From an uncultured Clostridia bacterium (GTDB lineage Bacteria; Bacillota; Clostridia; TANB77; CAG-508), in contig CALXCD010000002.1 in the NCBI GenBank assembly GCA_944386715.1, positions 12,869 through 76,868 on the forward strand: DNA of 64,000 nucleotides. Direction: 5' to 3'. Below, in pieces: positions 37,398-48,106 of the stretch. The notes under the pieces were generated by a model that saw only the letters and a list, made by a program, of their open reading frames with translations, was not told where the DNA came from and ran no database searches. A program made the position numbers and the translations under genes. Positions within the stretch are counted from its first letter, which is position 1. Each line of letters begins with the position of its first letter.

Positions 37398-38129
37398 GTG
37401 ATTAAATTGAAAAAAAATAAATGGATATTAACTATTGTTATTTTAGCTGTTATTGTCGGATTTACTGTTTTCTTTTTCTGGAATAATAACAATTCTCAAA
37501 ATGGAGAAAATTATGAAGCAACCAGAACTTCTCAATCTAATCATATAGAAAATACTAATACTGAAAATCTTACTAACACAAGTACTCCTCAAGAAAATGC
37601 AAATACATCTCCAGAGGATACAAATAATACTCCAAATGTGGTAACAAAAGGAGTAACCACACCTCAACCTGTGGAAGAAACTATTGCTAATTTTTCTACC
37701 AAAATTTATACCAAAGATAGTAGCAGACAAAATAACATTAATATCACTTGTCAAGCTTTAAATGGTACAATTGTAGAAAATGGTGCTACTTTTTCATTTT
37801 GTAATACAGTAGGTCCTGCAACTACTGCTAAAGGATATCAAAAGGCTGATATTTTTGATAACAAAGGACAAAAGAAAAAAGGACTTGGTGGTGGAAATTG
37901 TCAAATTAGTACGACTTTATATAACGCTCTTTTGGCTGTTCCAAGTTTAGTTGTAACAGAAAGACATGAACATAGTAATAAAGTACCTTATGTACAAGCT
38001 GGTAAAGATGCAGCAGTTGCTTATGGTAGTTATGATTTAAAATTTAGAAATGATTCTGGTCATAGTGTTAAAATACTTGCAGAATCTGATGGCGAAACAG
38101 TATCTGTTGCTTTATTATCTATCAAATAA
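37398..38129 (+). CDS. VanW-family protein
   Basis: TM segment, low-complexity linker, then FSFCNTVGPATTAKGYQKA ... GGGNCQISTTLYNA ... RHEHS ... GKDAAV. Confidence 0.85.
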   Translation: MIKLKKNKWILTIVILAVIVGFTVFFFWNNNNSQNGENYEATRTSQSNHIENTNTENLTNTSTPQENANTSPEDTNNTPNVVTKGVTTPQPVEETIANFSTKIYTKDSSRQNNINITCQALNGTIVENGATFSFCNTVGPATTAKGYQKADIFDNKGQKKKGLGGGNCQISTTLYNALLAVPSLVVTERHEHSNKVPYVQAGKDAAVAYGSYDLKFRNDSGHSVKILAESDGETVSVALLSIK

Positions 38130-38181
38130 TATCTAAAATAAAGATTCCCCCTCTTTTTTATTTGGGAGAATCTTTTTTGCT

Positions 38182-39441
38182 TTATGTTCTTAATAAATCT
38201 ATCCATTTATATACTATTTCTTTTGTCATGGTAAATAAATTGATTTTTTCTACGCTTTCTTTTGCTACTAAATTAACTGTTGTAAGGAGTTTTCCATCTA
38301 AAGAATAAGTAGCCTCTCCTACTTTTTGACCAGCTGTAATTGGCGCTTTTATGTTATCATCTAATGTTATTGTTTGTTCCACTTGTTTATCTTTTCCTTT
38401 TTCTAACAAAACTCCTGCATCTTCTTCAAATACAATTTCTATGGCTCGTTTTACTCCTTTATTTACTGTCACAGTTTGAGCAACCTCTTGCTTTTTAGCA
38501 AATTGTTTAAAAGAATATGTGTTAAATCCATAGTCTAAAAGTTTTTGTGCTTCTGCAAATCTTACCTTTGTAGAAGGTGCTTTCATGATAACAGCAATTA
38601 AGGATAAATCGTCACGTGTAGCGCTTGCAGATAAATTATATAGTGCTAAGGATGTAGAACCTGTTTTTAGTCCTGTTGCCCCTTTATAAGTTCTAATTAG
38701 TTTGTTGGTATTTGCTAATTGTGATTTCCCATCACGCAAGGAATCTGTCCAAATAGTTGTATATTTGGTGATGTCTGGATGATTTTTTAATAATTCTCTA
38801 GACATTAAGCTGATATCATAACTAGAAGTCACATGACCATCTTCATCTAATCCATGGCAATTTTTAAATGTTGTGTCATTCATTCCTAGTTCTTTTGCTT
38901 TGTCATTCATCATTTGTACAAATGCTTCTTCTGAACCAGCAATATATTCACTCATGGCTACTACACAATCATTAGCAGATGCTACGCAAATTGCTTTTAG
39001 CATTTCATCTACTGTTAAAGTTTCTCTCGGGTCTAGCCAAATTTGAGAACCTCCCATAGATGCTGCATTCTCAGAACATGGCACATTATCTGTTAAGGAT
39101 ATTTTTCCAGAATCTATTGCTTCCATAATTAGCAAAATACTCATGACTTTTGTAACAGAAGCGGGTCTTAATTTTTCATGCATATTGTGTTCATATAATA
39201 TTTGACCTGTGGACTGTTCTATTAAAATGGCACTTCCAGATTCTAAATTAAGGCTATTACTTGGTGCATTATCATCTTGTAAATTGTTATCAGAAGAATT
39301 AACATTGATGATATTTTCATCTATTTCTTTAGAATTAGTGGACCATACATAAATGCTATCTTCTGCTAGGCTAGGTACTAGCAATGAAAAGCTAAGAATC
39401 ATTACCAATAGGATACTGATACATAGTTTTAATTTTTGCAT
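38182..39441 (-). CDS. D-alanyl-D-alanine carboxypeptidase (PBP5/DacB-like)
   Basis: Start MQKLKLCIS with GGAGGAG upstream, signal peptide, SxxK (ASVTKVM), KTG (LKTGST), and a C-terminal PBP5 domain. Confidence 0.88.
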   Translation of the reverse strand: MQKLKLCISILLVMILSFSLLVPSLAEDSIYVWSTNSKEIDENIINVNSSDNNLQDDNAPSNSLNLESGSAILIEQSTGQILYEHNMHEKLRPASVTKVMSILLIMEAIDSGKISLTDNVPCSENAASMGGSQIWLDPRETLTVDEMLKAICVASANDCVVAMSEYIAGSEEAFVQMMNDKAKELGMNDTTFKNCHGLDEDGHVTSSYDISLMSRELLKNHPDITKYTTIWTDSLRDGKSQLANTNKLIRTYKGATGLKTGSTSLALYNLSASATRDDLSLIAVIMKAPSTKVRFAEAQKLLDYGFNTYSFKQFAKKQEVAQTVTVNKGVKRAIEIVFEEDAGVLLEKGKDKQVEQTITLDDNIKAPITAGQKVGEATYSLDGKLLTTVNLVAKESVEKINLFTMTKEIVYKWIDLLRT

Positions 39442-39570
39442 AAAATCTCCTCCATGTCTTTTAACTGTTATCAATATATGCCAAAGAAATTTAAATATTC
39501 TTGTAAAATTTAATAATATATGGTACACTTACAAGAAATGTTAGCATAAGATAAATGAAGGAGTTTAAAA

Positions 39571-40734
39571 ATGGATTTAGACACTATGACAAATTTAGTA
39601 TTAAATAATGAATATAAATTGCATGAAAAGCCTTTACCACCTAATCAAAGCCAGCCTTCTACACAAAAGAAAAGAGGCTATGGCTTAGATGAATACTATG
39701 AAGAAGAAAGACTTTCTAATGAGCAACATCCTCTTTCAGAAGACAACTCATCTATGAAAAATGCAAAATCTAAAAAAAGAAAACGCACCAAAAAGCAAAA
39801 GATTCTTTTGGCTATTAAAATTTTAATTATTTTTATTTTATTCTGCATTGCTTTTCTATTTGTTTTCTTTAAGACTAATATTTTTCAAAAATATAAAGAA
39901 CTTTGGGTTCAAACAGCAATGACAACAATGAATCATCAATATTTAGCGACATGGTTTTTATCAGATGAAGAAATTCAAGAAATTATGAGTCATTTGGAAG
40001 TACAAAATAATGAAAATTCTGATTCTAATGATATTCTGGTTGGCAAAAATAATGGTGATGTTACTATCGAAAAGATTACAGGAACTGGATATGTAGGTTA
40101 TGTCATGACTATTCCAGATGCTTCTAAAGTAAAGTTGGTAGATGGTAGAAAAAGTAATAGAGGTTCTAAGCTTAGTGAAATTGTAACATCTAATAATGCC
40201 TTAGCAGGAATTAATGCTGGTGGATTTTCAGACCCTGGTGGTGTTGGAAATGGTAATATTCTATGTGATGCTGTTATCATGAATCAAAAGTTGTTATCTG
40301 GAAATAAATCTACGAGATATAGTTTAATTGGCTTAAGTAAAGACCATAAATTAGTATTGGGAAAATACAATTACCAGGAAGCAATTAATGCAGGGATTCA
40401 GTCTGCTGTGGAATTTGGTCCATTTATTATTGTTAATGGTAATAAACAAATTAAAAATGCAAATTCTGGTGGAATTCAACCTAGAATGGCTATTGGACAA
40501 AAAAAGGATGGTACCATGCTCTTTGTTTGTATTGATGGAAGACAGCCTGGATACAGTATAGGTACTACTCTTCTTGAGTTACAAAATATTTTTGAAAGAT
40601 ATGGTGCTTACAATGCAGCTAATTTAGATGGTGGTTCTTCTGCAACAATGTATTATAATGGTAAAGTGATTAATAAAACATCTACTCCTATGGGAGAACG
40701 TTATTTACCTAATGCTTTTATTGTAGAAAAATAA
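39571..40734 (+). CDS. Phosphodiester glycosidase family (DUF2233) membrane-anchored protein
   Basis: TM anchor; INAGGFSDPGG ... RMAIGQKKDGTMLFVCIDG ... AANLDGGSSATMYYNG. Confidence 0.8.
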   Translation: MDLDTMTNLVLNNEYKLHEKPLPPNQSQPSTQKKRGYGLDEYYEEERLSNEQHPLSEDNSSMKNAKSKKRKRTKKQKILLAIKILIIFILFCIAFLFVFFKTNIFQKYKELWVQTAMTTMNHQYLATWFLSDEEIQEIMSHLEVQNNENSDSNDILVGKNNGDVTIEKITGTGYVGYVMTIPDASKVKLVDGRKSNRGSKLSEIVTSNNALAGINAGGFSDPGGVGNGNILCDAVIMNQKLLSGNKSTRYSLIGLSKDHKLVLGKYNYQEAINAGIQSAVEFGPFIIVNGNKQIKNANSGGIQPRMAIGQKKDGTMLFVCIDGRQPGYSIGTTLLELQNIFERYGAYNAANLDGGSSATMYYNGKVINKTSTPMGERYLPNAFIVEK

Positions 40735-40801
40735 TAGCTATTAAATAAATACAATTTGCGAAAAGGGATTCTATTTTTAGAACCCCTTTTTTTCGTATTT
40801 T

Positions 40802-41612
40802 TTATTTATCAAATACTTTATAATAATAGGCTTGTATCTCTGGAAGTAAGCTATCTAGATAAATAACATTATCATTTTTATCTTCTATTTTCATATTGGG
40901 GAAAGTTCTTATCATTTTTTCATCTCCCCAAAATGTCATAATCCAATTAGACAAAGTTGGATTTCCATAAATTTTATCGTAGTTTTCTAGCATTTCTTCT
41001 TGCTTTTCTACTGGTATATTGTTTTCTTTTACCATTCTAAGAATGAAAAATTGTTGTGCAAAACAAGTAGCAATACAATCTAATGCTAAAAAAACAATGA
41101 TACATAAAATAATTGTTTTCAAAATGTTGGTAGGTATTTTTTGTTTTATTTTTCTCATTATTTTATCTATGAATGGATTTACTTTTTTGACTAGGAAGAT
41201 AGTTAGAATTCCCCAGAAGAAAGAATATAAAAGACATATTCTTCCATTGACATTTAAGATATAATTTTCATAACTCCACCATTGTGTATGAAGAATCGCT
41301 TCTATTAAAAAACTAAATAGGTATTCTATTACAGAACCTATCAAAAAACCTACCATAAATAATTTAAAATTGCTTTTCTTGAAGTAAGATGAGAATACTA
41401 AGATAAGTACTCCTCCTATTCCATAAATCCCGCAAGAATGGTCCATATAGAAAACTCTGTCTACATTCCCATACCCCTTTTGTGATGATTCCAAAAAGAG
41501 TTTCTACGATATATCCTAATATACTATATAGAATAAAATATGCCATCAGTTTCCAAATACTAATTCCGAATAATGTGATTTTTCCCCTTTTTTCTTCTTT
41601 TTGTTCTGCCAT
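40802..41612 (-). CDS. Membrane protein of the putative ABC-transporter type IV family (DUF1113), with an apparent frameshift
   Basis: ORF 41364-41612 ends ..ECRQSFLYGPFLRDLW.. while ORF 40802-41494 carries ..CGIYGIGGVLIL... The joined reading YGPF(L/C)GIYGIGGVL is the family core. The switch lies near 41432-41440. Confidence 0.7.
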
Positions 41613-41726
41613 TTTACAAAATCACCTACCTTTTTCTTTCTTGCCGTTATTTTATCACATATTTTTTTCTTTTCCTAGATAATTCATAAATTCTTCTCTT
41701 TTTTAATATTTTTAAATGGTGATATT

Positions 41727-43202
41727 TTGAGAAGAAGAAAAGCATTTTTAATGAATGGAATTATATTAACAATAACTTCTTTTTTTATGAGAAGTATTGG
41801 AATGATATTTAATTTATATGTTTCTAATCAAATTGGTTCAGAAACTGCTGGTATTTTTAGTTTGATTATGTCTGTTTACCTTTTTTGTGTTACGATTGCG
41901 ACTTCTGGTTTAGGTCTTGCTTGTACCAATCTTGTTTCTGAACAGTTTGCTAAAAATAATTTTCAGCAAGGTTTTAAAGCTGTTAAAACTTGCTCTATAC
42001 TTTCTGTTGTTTTAGGGCTAGGAAGCGGGCTTCTTGTTTGCACTTTTTCTGATGTAATTGCTAATAATTGGCTACATAATAGTATTTCTAGTATGCCTCT
42101 TTATCTCATTGCAATTGGTTTGCCTTTTATTGCCATATCTTCTGTAATTAATGGTTATTTTTCAGCGGTTCGAAAAGGATATCGAAATGCTATATCTCAA
42201 ATTTTTGAACTTATTATTAAAATAATTGTTACTGTTGTTTTATTAAAATTTTATATTTCTGATGGAGTAGAATCTGTTTGCATTTGTCTTATTTTGGCAG
42301 ATGTTATTTCAGAAATCTGTTCTTGCACCCTTTCTTTTTTGTTATATCAATTGGACAAAAGAAAATATCATATTCCTAAAATAACCAAAATCACTTTTAA
42401 GAAAAGAATTTTTCAAATAGCCTTTCCGGTTTCTATCACTTCTTATATCCGCTCTGGTCTTAATACATTAAAACAATTTATTATTCCGGCTCAATTAGCC
42501 CTCTTTGGATTTCCTTATTCAATGGCGTTATCAGAATATGGTAAAATATCTGGAATGGCAATGCCTTTGATTATGTTTCCTAATCTTTTTGTTACTTCTT
42601 TTAGTGGATTATTAATACCTGAATTTAGTAGTTTTTCTGCTAAAAATAATCAAAAAAGATTACTAGAAATCTGTCATATTGTATTTCAAATAACAGGCAC
42701 ATTTTCTATTTATGTTTCCAGCATCTTTATTTGCTTTTCTAATGAATTTAGTTTTTTGGCTTTTCAAAATTTAGAATGTGCTAATTATATTTATACCCTA
42801 TCTTTTTTGATTTTATTGATGTATTTAGATAATATTATTGATAGCATGTTAAAAGGATTAAATAAACAATTTGGTGTCATGATATGCAACATTTTAGATT
42901 TAGTAATTACGATAGGTGCTTTGTATTTTTTACTACCCGTTTGGGGAATGAGTGGATATCTTTTAGCTACCTTTATTAGTGAGATTTTTAATTTTTTGGT
43001 AAGCTATATACAATTACATAAAGCAATCGGGTTTCATCTTTCTTTTTCGAAAGTAATCTTTATTCCTAGTATTTGTGCTTTTTTTAGTTATTTATTCTTG
43101 CAGCTTATTTGCTTTTATGTTACAAATATGTCTTTTTTACTAAAGATTTTACTTTTTACTGCTTGTTTTATTTTTTGCTATTTTGTTCGGCTTTGTATGT
43201 AA
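41727..43202 (+). CDS. spoVB: Stage V sporulation protein B / MurJ-type MOP flippase
   Basis: 491 aa with about 14 TM segments. N-terminus: AFLMNGIILTITSFFMRSIGMIFNLYVSNQIGSETAGIF. The start is TTG at 41727 or ATG at 41751. Confidence 0.75.
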   Translation: MRRRKAFLMNGIILTITSFFMRSIGMIFNLYVSNQIGSETAGIFSLIMSVYLFCVTIATSGLGLACTNLVSEQFAKNNFQQGFKAVKTCSILSVVLGLGSGLLVCTFSDVIANNWLHNSISSMPLYLIAIGLPFIAISSVINGYFSAVRKGYRNAISQIFELIIKIIVTVVLLKFYISDGVESVCICLILADVISEICSCTLSFLLYQLDKRKYHIPKITKITFKKRIFQIAFPVSITSYIRSGLNTLKQFIIPAQLALFGFPYSMALSEYGKISGMAMPLIMFPNLFVTSFSGLLIPEFSSFSAKNNQKRLLEICHIVFQITGTFSIYVSSIFICFSNEFSFLAFQNLECANYIYTLSFLILLMYLDNIIDSMLKGLNKQFGVMICNILDLVITIGALYFLLPVWGMSGYLLATFISEIFNFLVSYIQLHKAIGFHLSFSKVIFIPSICAFFSYLFLQLICFYVTNMSFLLKILLFTACFIFCYFVRLCM

Positions 43203-43293
43203 AAAACTTGGTAAGTAAGAAATTGCAAAAAAAATGAAAGAGAAGGGATATGAATTAGAAAATATAATTGAAATAACAAATTTATCTACAAAA

Positions 43294-43323
43294 GAAATAG
43301 AGAGTTTGTAGGCTCTCTATTTC
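43294..43323. terminator. Bidirectional hairpin between convergent spoVB and dpaB
   Basis: GAAATAGAGAG-N8-CTCTCTATTTC, an 11-bp perfect stem with T-rich flanks. Confidence 0.6.
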
Positions 43324-43325
43324 TT

Positions 43326-43911
43326 TTAGACTCCTAATAGAATAGGATTTATTTGTTCTCCTTCTAAAGCATATTCTATTGTTTTTATAATATATTCTGG
43401 GTCAAATACAATAGACCTTGGTTTTGTAATAGGATTATCTTGTTTAAATGGTACAAAATAATAATTTTTCCTATTTAGTAATTTTCCTATGTTTTCTGCA
43501 TTTCCACTTAATCCGTTATTGGTGGATGGAGCAATCACAAGTGGTAGGTTATTTCTCAAATGTGATTTTGCAGCCATAACAGCAGGGGTATCTATTATAT
43601 CACACGCCAGTTTTGCCATGGTATTTCCAGAACATGGCGCAATTATCATAATATCTGTCATTTTTTTAGGTCCGTATCGGTTCACTTCCTGTTATGGTAT
43701 GAATCATTTCTTTCCCTGTTATTTCTTCAATTTCTTTGATAAAGTCTTTTGCTTTTCCAAATTTCGTATCTAGTCCATAGCTATTAAAAGACATAACTGG
43801 TATAATTTCAGCACCTTTTTCTTTTAATTCTTTCATTTTAGGAATGACTTTATGAAATGTACAAAATGAACCTGTAAGTACGAATCCTATTTTCTTTTCT
43901 TTTACATCCAA
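43326..43911 (-). pseudogene. dpaB: Dipicolinate synthase subunit B (flavoprotein), frameshifted; no dpaA adjacent
   Basis: ORF 43666-43911 reads KIGFVLTGSFCTF...ITGSEPIRT*. ORF 43326-43685 reads ..YGPKKMTDIMIIAPCSGNTMAKLA.... The joined SEPIGPKK matches the B. subtilis SpoVFB AEPLGPK region. The switch is at about 43674. Confidence 0.8.
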
Positions 43912-44177
43912 AATTTACATTTCCTCCTTTCTTTCTACATTGCTATATAATATGTTTTTATGTAAATTTTGGATTTTGTTTTATGGTAACTTTTTAGATT
44001 TTCTCTACATAAATTTTATCATTTACTGCTACTACTGTATATTTGTGAATATTTTTTTACTAATTTTATTAATACTTCGTTACCCTAAATCTTACGAAAT
44101 ATAGGTGTACCCTACTTCTACAAGAATTAGTAAAATTAAGAAGTATCCTAAAAAATAGGAACCCTCTTATGATTTCT

Positions 44178-46229
44178 CTATAAGGTCACATTATTTCCAA
44201 ATCTCGCTTTTAATTTATCTTTTGATTCTTGTGATAAATTTATATTATTTCTTAAATCTATTTTAGTATTTGGATTTAATTCCAATAATGCAGTTGCATC
44301 TATGATAGAATTATTGCTTAAGTCGATTGTTAAATTAGTATTATTTTTTAACGCTTTTAAATTTTCTAAATCTTCACTCCATAATGTATTCCCTCTTAAG
44401 CTCAGATTTGTTAAATTAGCAAGTTTTGAAAAGTCTATCATTCTTCCATGTAAATTTGTTTGATTTAAATTCAAAATCTTTAAATTTGTTATTGTCGATA
44501 TTGTATTTAAATCCTTTATATTACTACTTGTACTTAATGATAGCGTAGTTAATTTTTTAAATTTTGATAAGTCTGGTATTTCTGTTAAAGAACTATTAGA
44601 AGATAACATCAATTTTGTTATTTTATTAATATCACAATTTACTATCGTTTTTAAGCTTTCAGTTGATACTGTTAATAAATCTAAATTTGAAATGATATCT
44701 TCTATTTCAACTAAATCGACATTATTATTATTTCCTGATAAATATAGTGTTTTTAAATTACTTAAATTGTTTATTGCTTTTATGTTTGTAATCTGATTAT
44801 TAGATAAGGTTAAATTTGTCAAGTTTGTCATATTTTTTAATATCTCTTGTGAATTTTTGTCTTCTAATGTTAACTTATTATCATTTAAGTTTAAAGTAGT
44901 TAACTGTGTTAAATCTTCTAACAATTCTAATGTTTCTAATTTTTGACTAGATAAATTTAAAACTTTATAATTTGTAAATAATCCTAATTTATCTACATCT
45001 AAATTAATTGTTCCTCCTCTGTCTAATATTTCTCCTATTTTATTTAATGCTTCTAATCTTTCACCAGTATAATTACTTTTATTTCCATCTATTTGTGAAT
45101 TAGTTTTTAAATTTAATGTCATTAATTTATTATTTGCACTTAATGGAGTTATATCTATAATTTGGTTGTTACCTAAATTTAAAATTTTTAAATTTTTTAA
45201 AGATTCTAACCCTTCAATTTTAGTTATTTTATTATTTTCTAAATTTAATTCTTCTAAATCTGACATGTTTTCTAATCCTTTTATTTTACTTATATTATTT
45301 AGAGATAAATTTAATTTTTTTAAATTAGTTAATTCCATAATTCTACTCATATCTGTTATAGCTTGATTGGTAATTATTAAATTTTGTAAACTTTTACAGT
45401 GTTTCAAAGCATCTATTATTCTATTATAATCATTACCCGCAAATCTATAAAAAGTTTCTAAATTATTAAGTTTTGATATCGCTGAATAATCTTTATCTGG
45501 TCCATATACTATTGTTAAATTTGTTAATTTCGTACAATTTTCTATTCCATCCATTGTTGTAATTGGCGGAATGTTACTTCCATATTCTCCTAATGTCAAA
45601 CTTTCTAAATTAGGAAAAAATATTAAATCTTGCAAATTATCCACAGAAGTATTGGCTATTGTTAAGCTTGTTTGATTCTTCATCCATTTGAATTTCATTT
45701 CTTCTTCTGTTACTCCTGAAATCTTGGATACATACTCACTAAACGCTTTACTTGCAAACCTTATTTCTGTCTCATCTTCTAATATTTTATTGTTTATATT
45801 ATCACCGTATTCTTTTCCATTACTTGCTATGTATTTTACATTTAAATTGTCATCTATTAAAAATACATCTTTTAATTCTACTATATTTCCTTTTCCTAAT
45901 CCCTGCATTTCTTCTATTGCGTTTTCTTTTAAAGTATAATACATATAATAGTTTTCATCTTCTCCTTGTTGTACTGTTCTTTGTACTTTGCCCTCTGCCA
46001 ACAATATTTCTGGTGTTAATTGTTCCCCTTCTATTCTTTTTTCTCCTTGTTCTAATTTAAGAGCTTCTTTTACTGCTCCTACTGCTGTTTCTATTTTACT
46101 ACTACTTGCTCTTGTCAATATTCCGTTATTTCCTGTCAATGTTGCAATTGCTACTCCTGCTAATATTAGCAATACTACTATTGTTACCACTAAAGCGATT
46201 AATGTTATTGCTTTTTCTCTTTTTATCAT
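44178..46229 (-). CDS. Pseudopilin-type N-terminal anchor + internalin-like leucine-rich-repeat protein
   Basis: The N-terminus KAITLIALVVTIVVLLILAGVAIATLTGNNGIL resembles a class-III (prepilin) leader/TM but has Ala instead of Glu at +5. About 20 22-residue LRRs (LxxLxxLxLxxNxIxxI) follow. Confidence 0.8.
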   Translation of the reverse strand: MIKREKAITLIALVVTIVVLLILAGVAIATLTGNNGILTRASSSKIETAVGAVKEALKLEQGEKRIEGEQLTPEILLAEGKVQRTVQQGEDENYYMYYTLKENAIEEMQGLGKGNIVELKDVFLIDDNLNVKYIASNGKEYGDNINNKILEDETEIRFASKAFSEYVSKISGVTEEEMKFKWMKNQTSLTIANTSVDNLQDLIFFPNLESLTLGEYGSNIPPITTMDGIENCTKLTNLTIVYGPDKDYSAISKLNNLETFYRFAGNDYNRIIDALKHCKSLQNLIITNQAITDMSRIMELTNLKKLNLSLNNISKIKGLENMSDLEELNLENNKITKIEGLESLKNLKILNLGNNQIIDITPLSANNKLMTLNLKTNSQIDGNKSNYTGERLEALNKIGEILDRGGTINLDVDKLGLFTNYKVLNLSSQKLETLELLEDLTQLTTLNLNDNKLTLEDKNSQEILKNMTNLTNLTLSNNQITNIKAINNLSNLKTLYLSGNNNNVDLVEIEDIISNLDLLTVSTESLKTIVNCDINKITKLMLSSNSSLTEIPDLSKFKKLTTLSLSTSSNIKDLNTISTITNLKILNLNQTNLHGRMIDFSKLANLTNLSLRGNTLWSEDLENLKALKNNTNLTIDLSNNSIIDATALLELNPNTKIDLRNNINLSQESKDKLKARFGNNVTL

Positions 46230-46522
46230 TGTTCTTTTCTCCTTCTTTTGTTTTTCTTTATTCTATTTTATGAAGGAAATTTTTTCAATGATAAGTTGTT
46301 TCTTTCTTAATAACTTTTTTACATAAATTTTTACTTTGTCTTTTTCTATGATTTTATCAAAATTACTCTTTTTTTGCTTGTTTTCTTGTTCTTTGGACTT
46401 CTTAAAGAACCTCATGTATAATATAGATTATGTATGAGATTCTTTATTTTTTAATTCTATTCATTATTAATCTTCATATTTTTTTATCTTTAGCAACACT
46501 CAAAGTTTTAGCATAATTTCAT

Positions 46523-48106
46523 TTATTCTATAACCCAAAGTGAAACTCGAGCAGATCCAGGAGAGTAAGTTTCATAATTTCTTCTTGTTGAAGCACTTTC
46601 ATTAAAAAGACCTGATGACCCCCTAGAAACGCAAGGTGCATTTCCATTATATTTTTCTAAAGTATACTCCCAGACATTTCCTGCAAAATCATATATGTTT
46701 AAACTTTTGTTTTGACTTACAGCACCAGTAGTATAATACCATTGTTCATTCTCAGTTTTTCCATTGTTCCTTTTTTCATTCCATATTGCTTCTTCTGTTG
46801 CCAACTCATAATATCCTTTATCTATATTAAAAACAGAATTTTTGTAATTCCCCCATGCTTTACTATACTCATTATTTGTAAGCCATTCAGATCCATAAAT
46901 ATTTCTATTATCAAATTTTTCTATGAATACGCATACTATATCCCATTGAATTCCAAACATTAGTGAACTTTTCATATTTTCATACTCTAAACTTTCTGCC
47001 AACATTTGTGCTTGACTTTGAGTAATATACGTATATGGTACAGCATTTTCTTTACTTATTGGAGTTGCTAGGTTTTCTATTGATGGTGCAGCATTGTTTT
47101 TTATATCTGTACTAATGTTTGTGTCTTTGCTTACGGTATATTCTTTTATATCAGTTCTAGTAATATCATTAGCTTTATTACTACTATTCACAACGTCAAT
47201 TCCCATTTCGTATCTAGCTATATAAAATCCATTATGTTTGTATATACTTTTAAGCATATCTTGATATAGTTTAGCATATTCATTTTCTGTCATATTTCCA
47301 TTTGTATAATAAATAAATTTATCTCCATTATAATATCCATATAATCCACTTTCCTTATCTCCATACCAAGAATCTTCATAATTTTTATCTTGATAAGCAT
47401 TTGTATATTTCTTTAAAGCATTTTCTATGGATAAAAAGTACTCCTCAGTATCTTCTTCTGAACTTTTTACTTCTGTCCAGTCAACTCCCCAATTAGTATC
47501 ATTAATTATTGGTATCCAAACATATTCATTACCATCTTTATCTAATATTACAAGCCCCGTATTTATATTTTGTTCATTCTTTTCTTGTGATACTTTAAAT
47601 CCCTTTGGTATCACTGCTTCTTTATTATTCGAATTTGGATCTTTAAATATTGTATCTTTTTCTACTTCTGTCGTTGGCGGTGTTGTTACTACATCTCCTG
47701 TTTCTGGTGGATTTACAGGTGGTGTTGCTTCTCCTTCTACTGTTACATTTCCCTCGCTATCTACTGTTACCTCATATCCATCTACTGTTACTGTGATACT
47801 TCCATCTCCATTATCTTTGATATCACTTTCTTGTAATCCTAGATTTTCTTTCAAATTTTCTTTTAGTTTGTCCATATCAAACTTTCCATATTCATCAAAA
47901 CTTCCTGCTACTTCCATTTGCACTTTTTCTTTTGCTCCTGCTTTTTCTGTTTCTTCTTTTGCTTGGTTTGTTCTTGTTATTATTCCATTATCCCCTGTCA
48001 AAGTTGCAATTGTTACTCCAGCTAAGATTAGCAAAACTACGATAGTTAGTACTAATGCTATTAAAGTTATTCCTTTTTTATTTTCTAATTTGTTTTCAAA
48101 CTTCAT
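46523..48106 (-). CDS. Pseudopilin-type N-terminal anchor + C-terminal FGE-sulfatase/SUMF1-like domain protein
   Basis: Start MKFENKLENKKGITLIALVLTIVVLLILAGV with AAGGAGGA upstream. The C-terminus YDFAGNVWEYTLE ... SRGSS is reminiscent of the FGE/DUF323 fold. Confidence 0.7.
   Translation of the reverse strand: MKFENKLENKKGITLIALVLTIVVLLILAGVTIATLTGDNGIITRTNQAKEETEKAGAKEKVQMEVAGSFDEYGKFDMDKLKENLKENLGLQESDIKDNGDGSITVTVDGYEVTVDSEGNVTVEGEATPPVNPPETGDVVTTPPTTEVEKDTIFKDPNSNNKEAVIPKGFKVSQEKNEQNINTGLVILDKDGNEYVWIPIINDTNWGVDWTEVKSSEEDTEEYFLSIENALKKYTNAYQDKNYEDSWYGDKESGLYGYYNGDKFIYYTNGNMTENEYAKLYQDMLKSIYKHNGFYIARYEMGIDVVNSSNKANDITRTDIKEYTVSKDTNISTDIKNNAAPSIENLATPISKENAVPYTYITQSQAQMLAESLEYENMKSSLMFGIQWDIVCVFIEKFDNRNIYGSEWLTNNEYSKAWGNYKNSVFNIDKGYYELATEEAIWNEKRNNGKTENEQWYYTTGAVSQNKSLNIYDFAGNVWEYTLEKYNGNAPCVSRGSSGLFNESASTRRNYETYSPGSARVSLWVIE

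Noticed and set aside
43234-43311. 25-codon ORF MKEKGYELENIIEITNLSTKEIESL
   Set aside because: It resembles the C-terminal tail of transposase-like/Rpn-type proteins, but it is far too short and has no RBS. It is probably a gene scrap, and its 3' end is part of the terminator hairpin.
45166-46326. Several plus-strand ORFs (66-112 aa) inside the LRR gene
   Set aside because: They are antisense shadows of the LRR coding repeats, with no independent signals.
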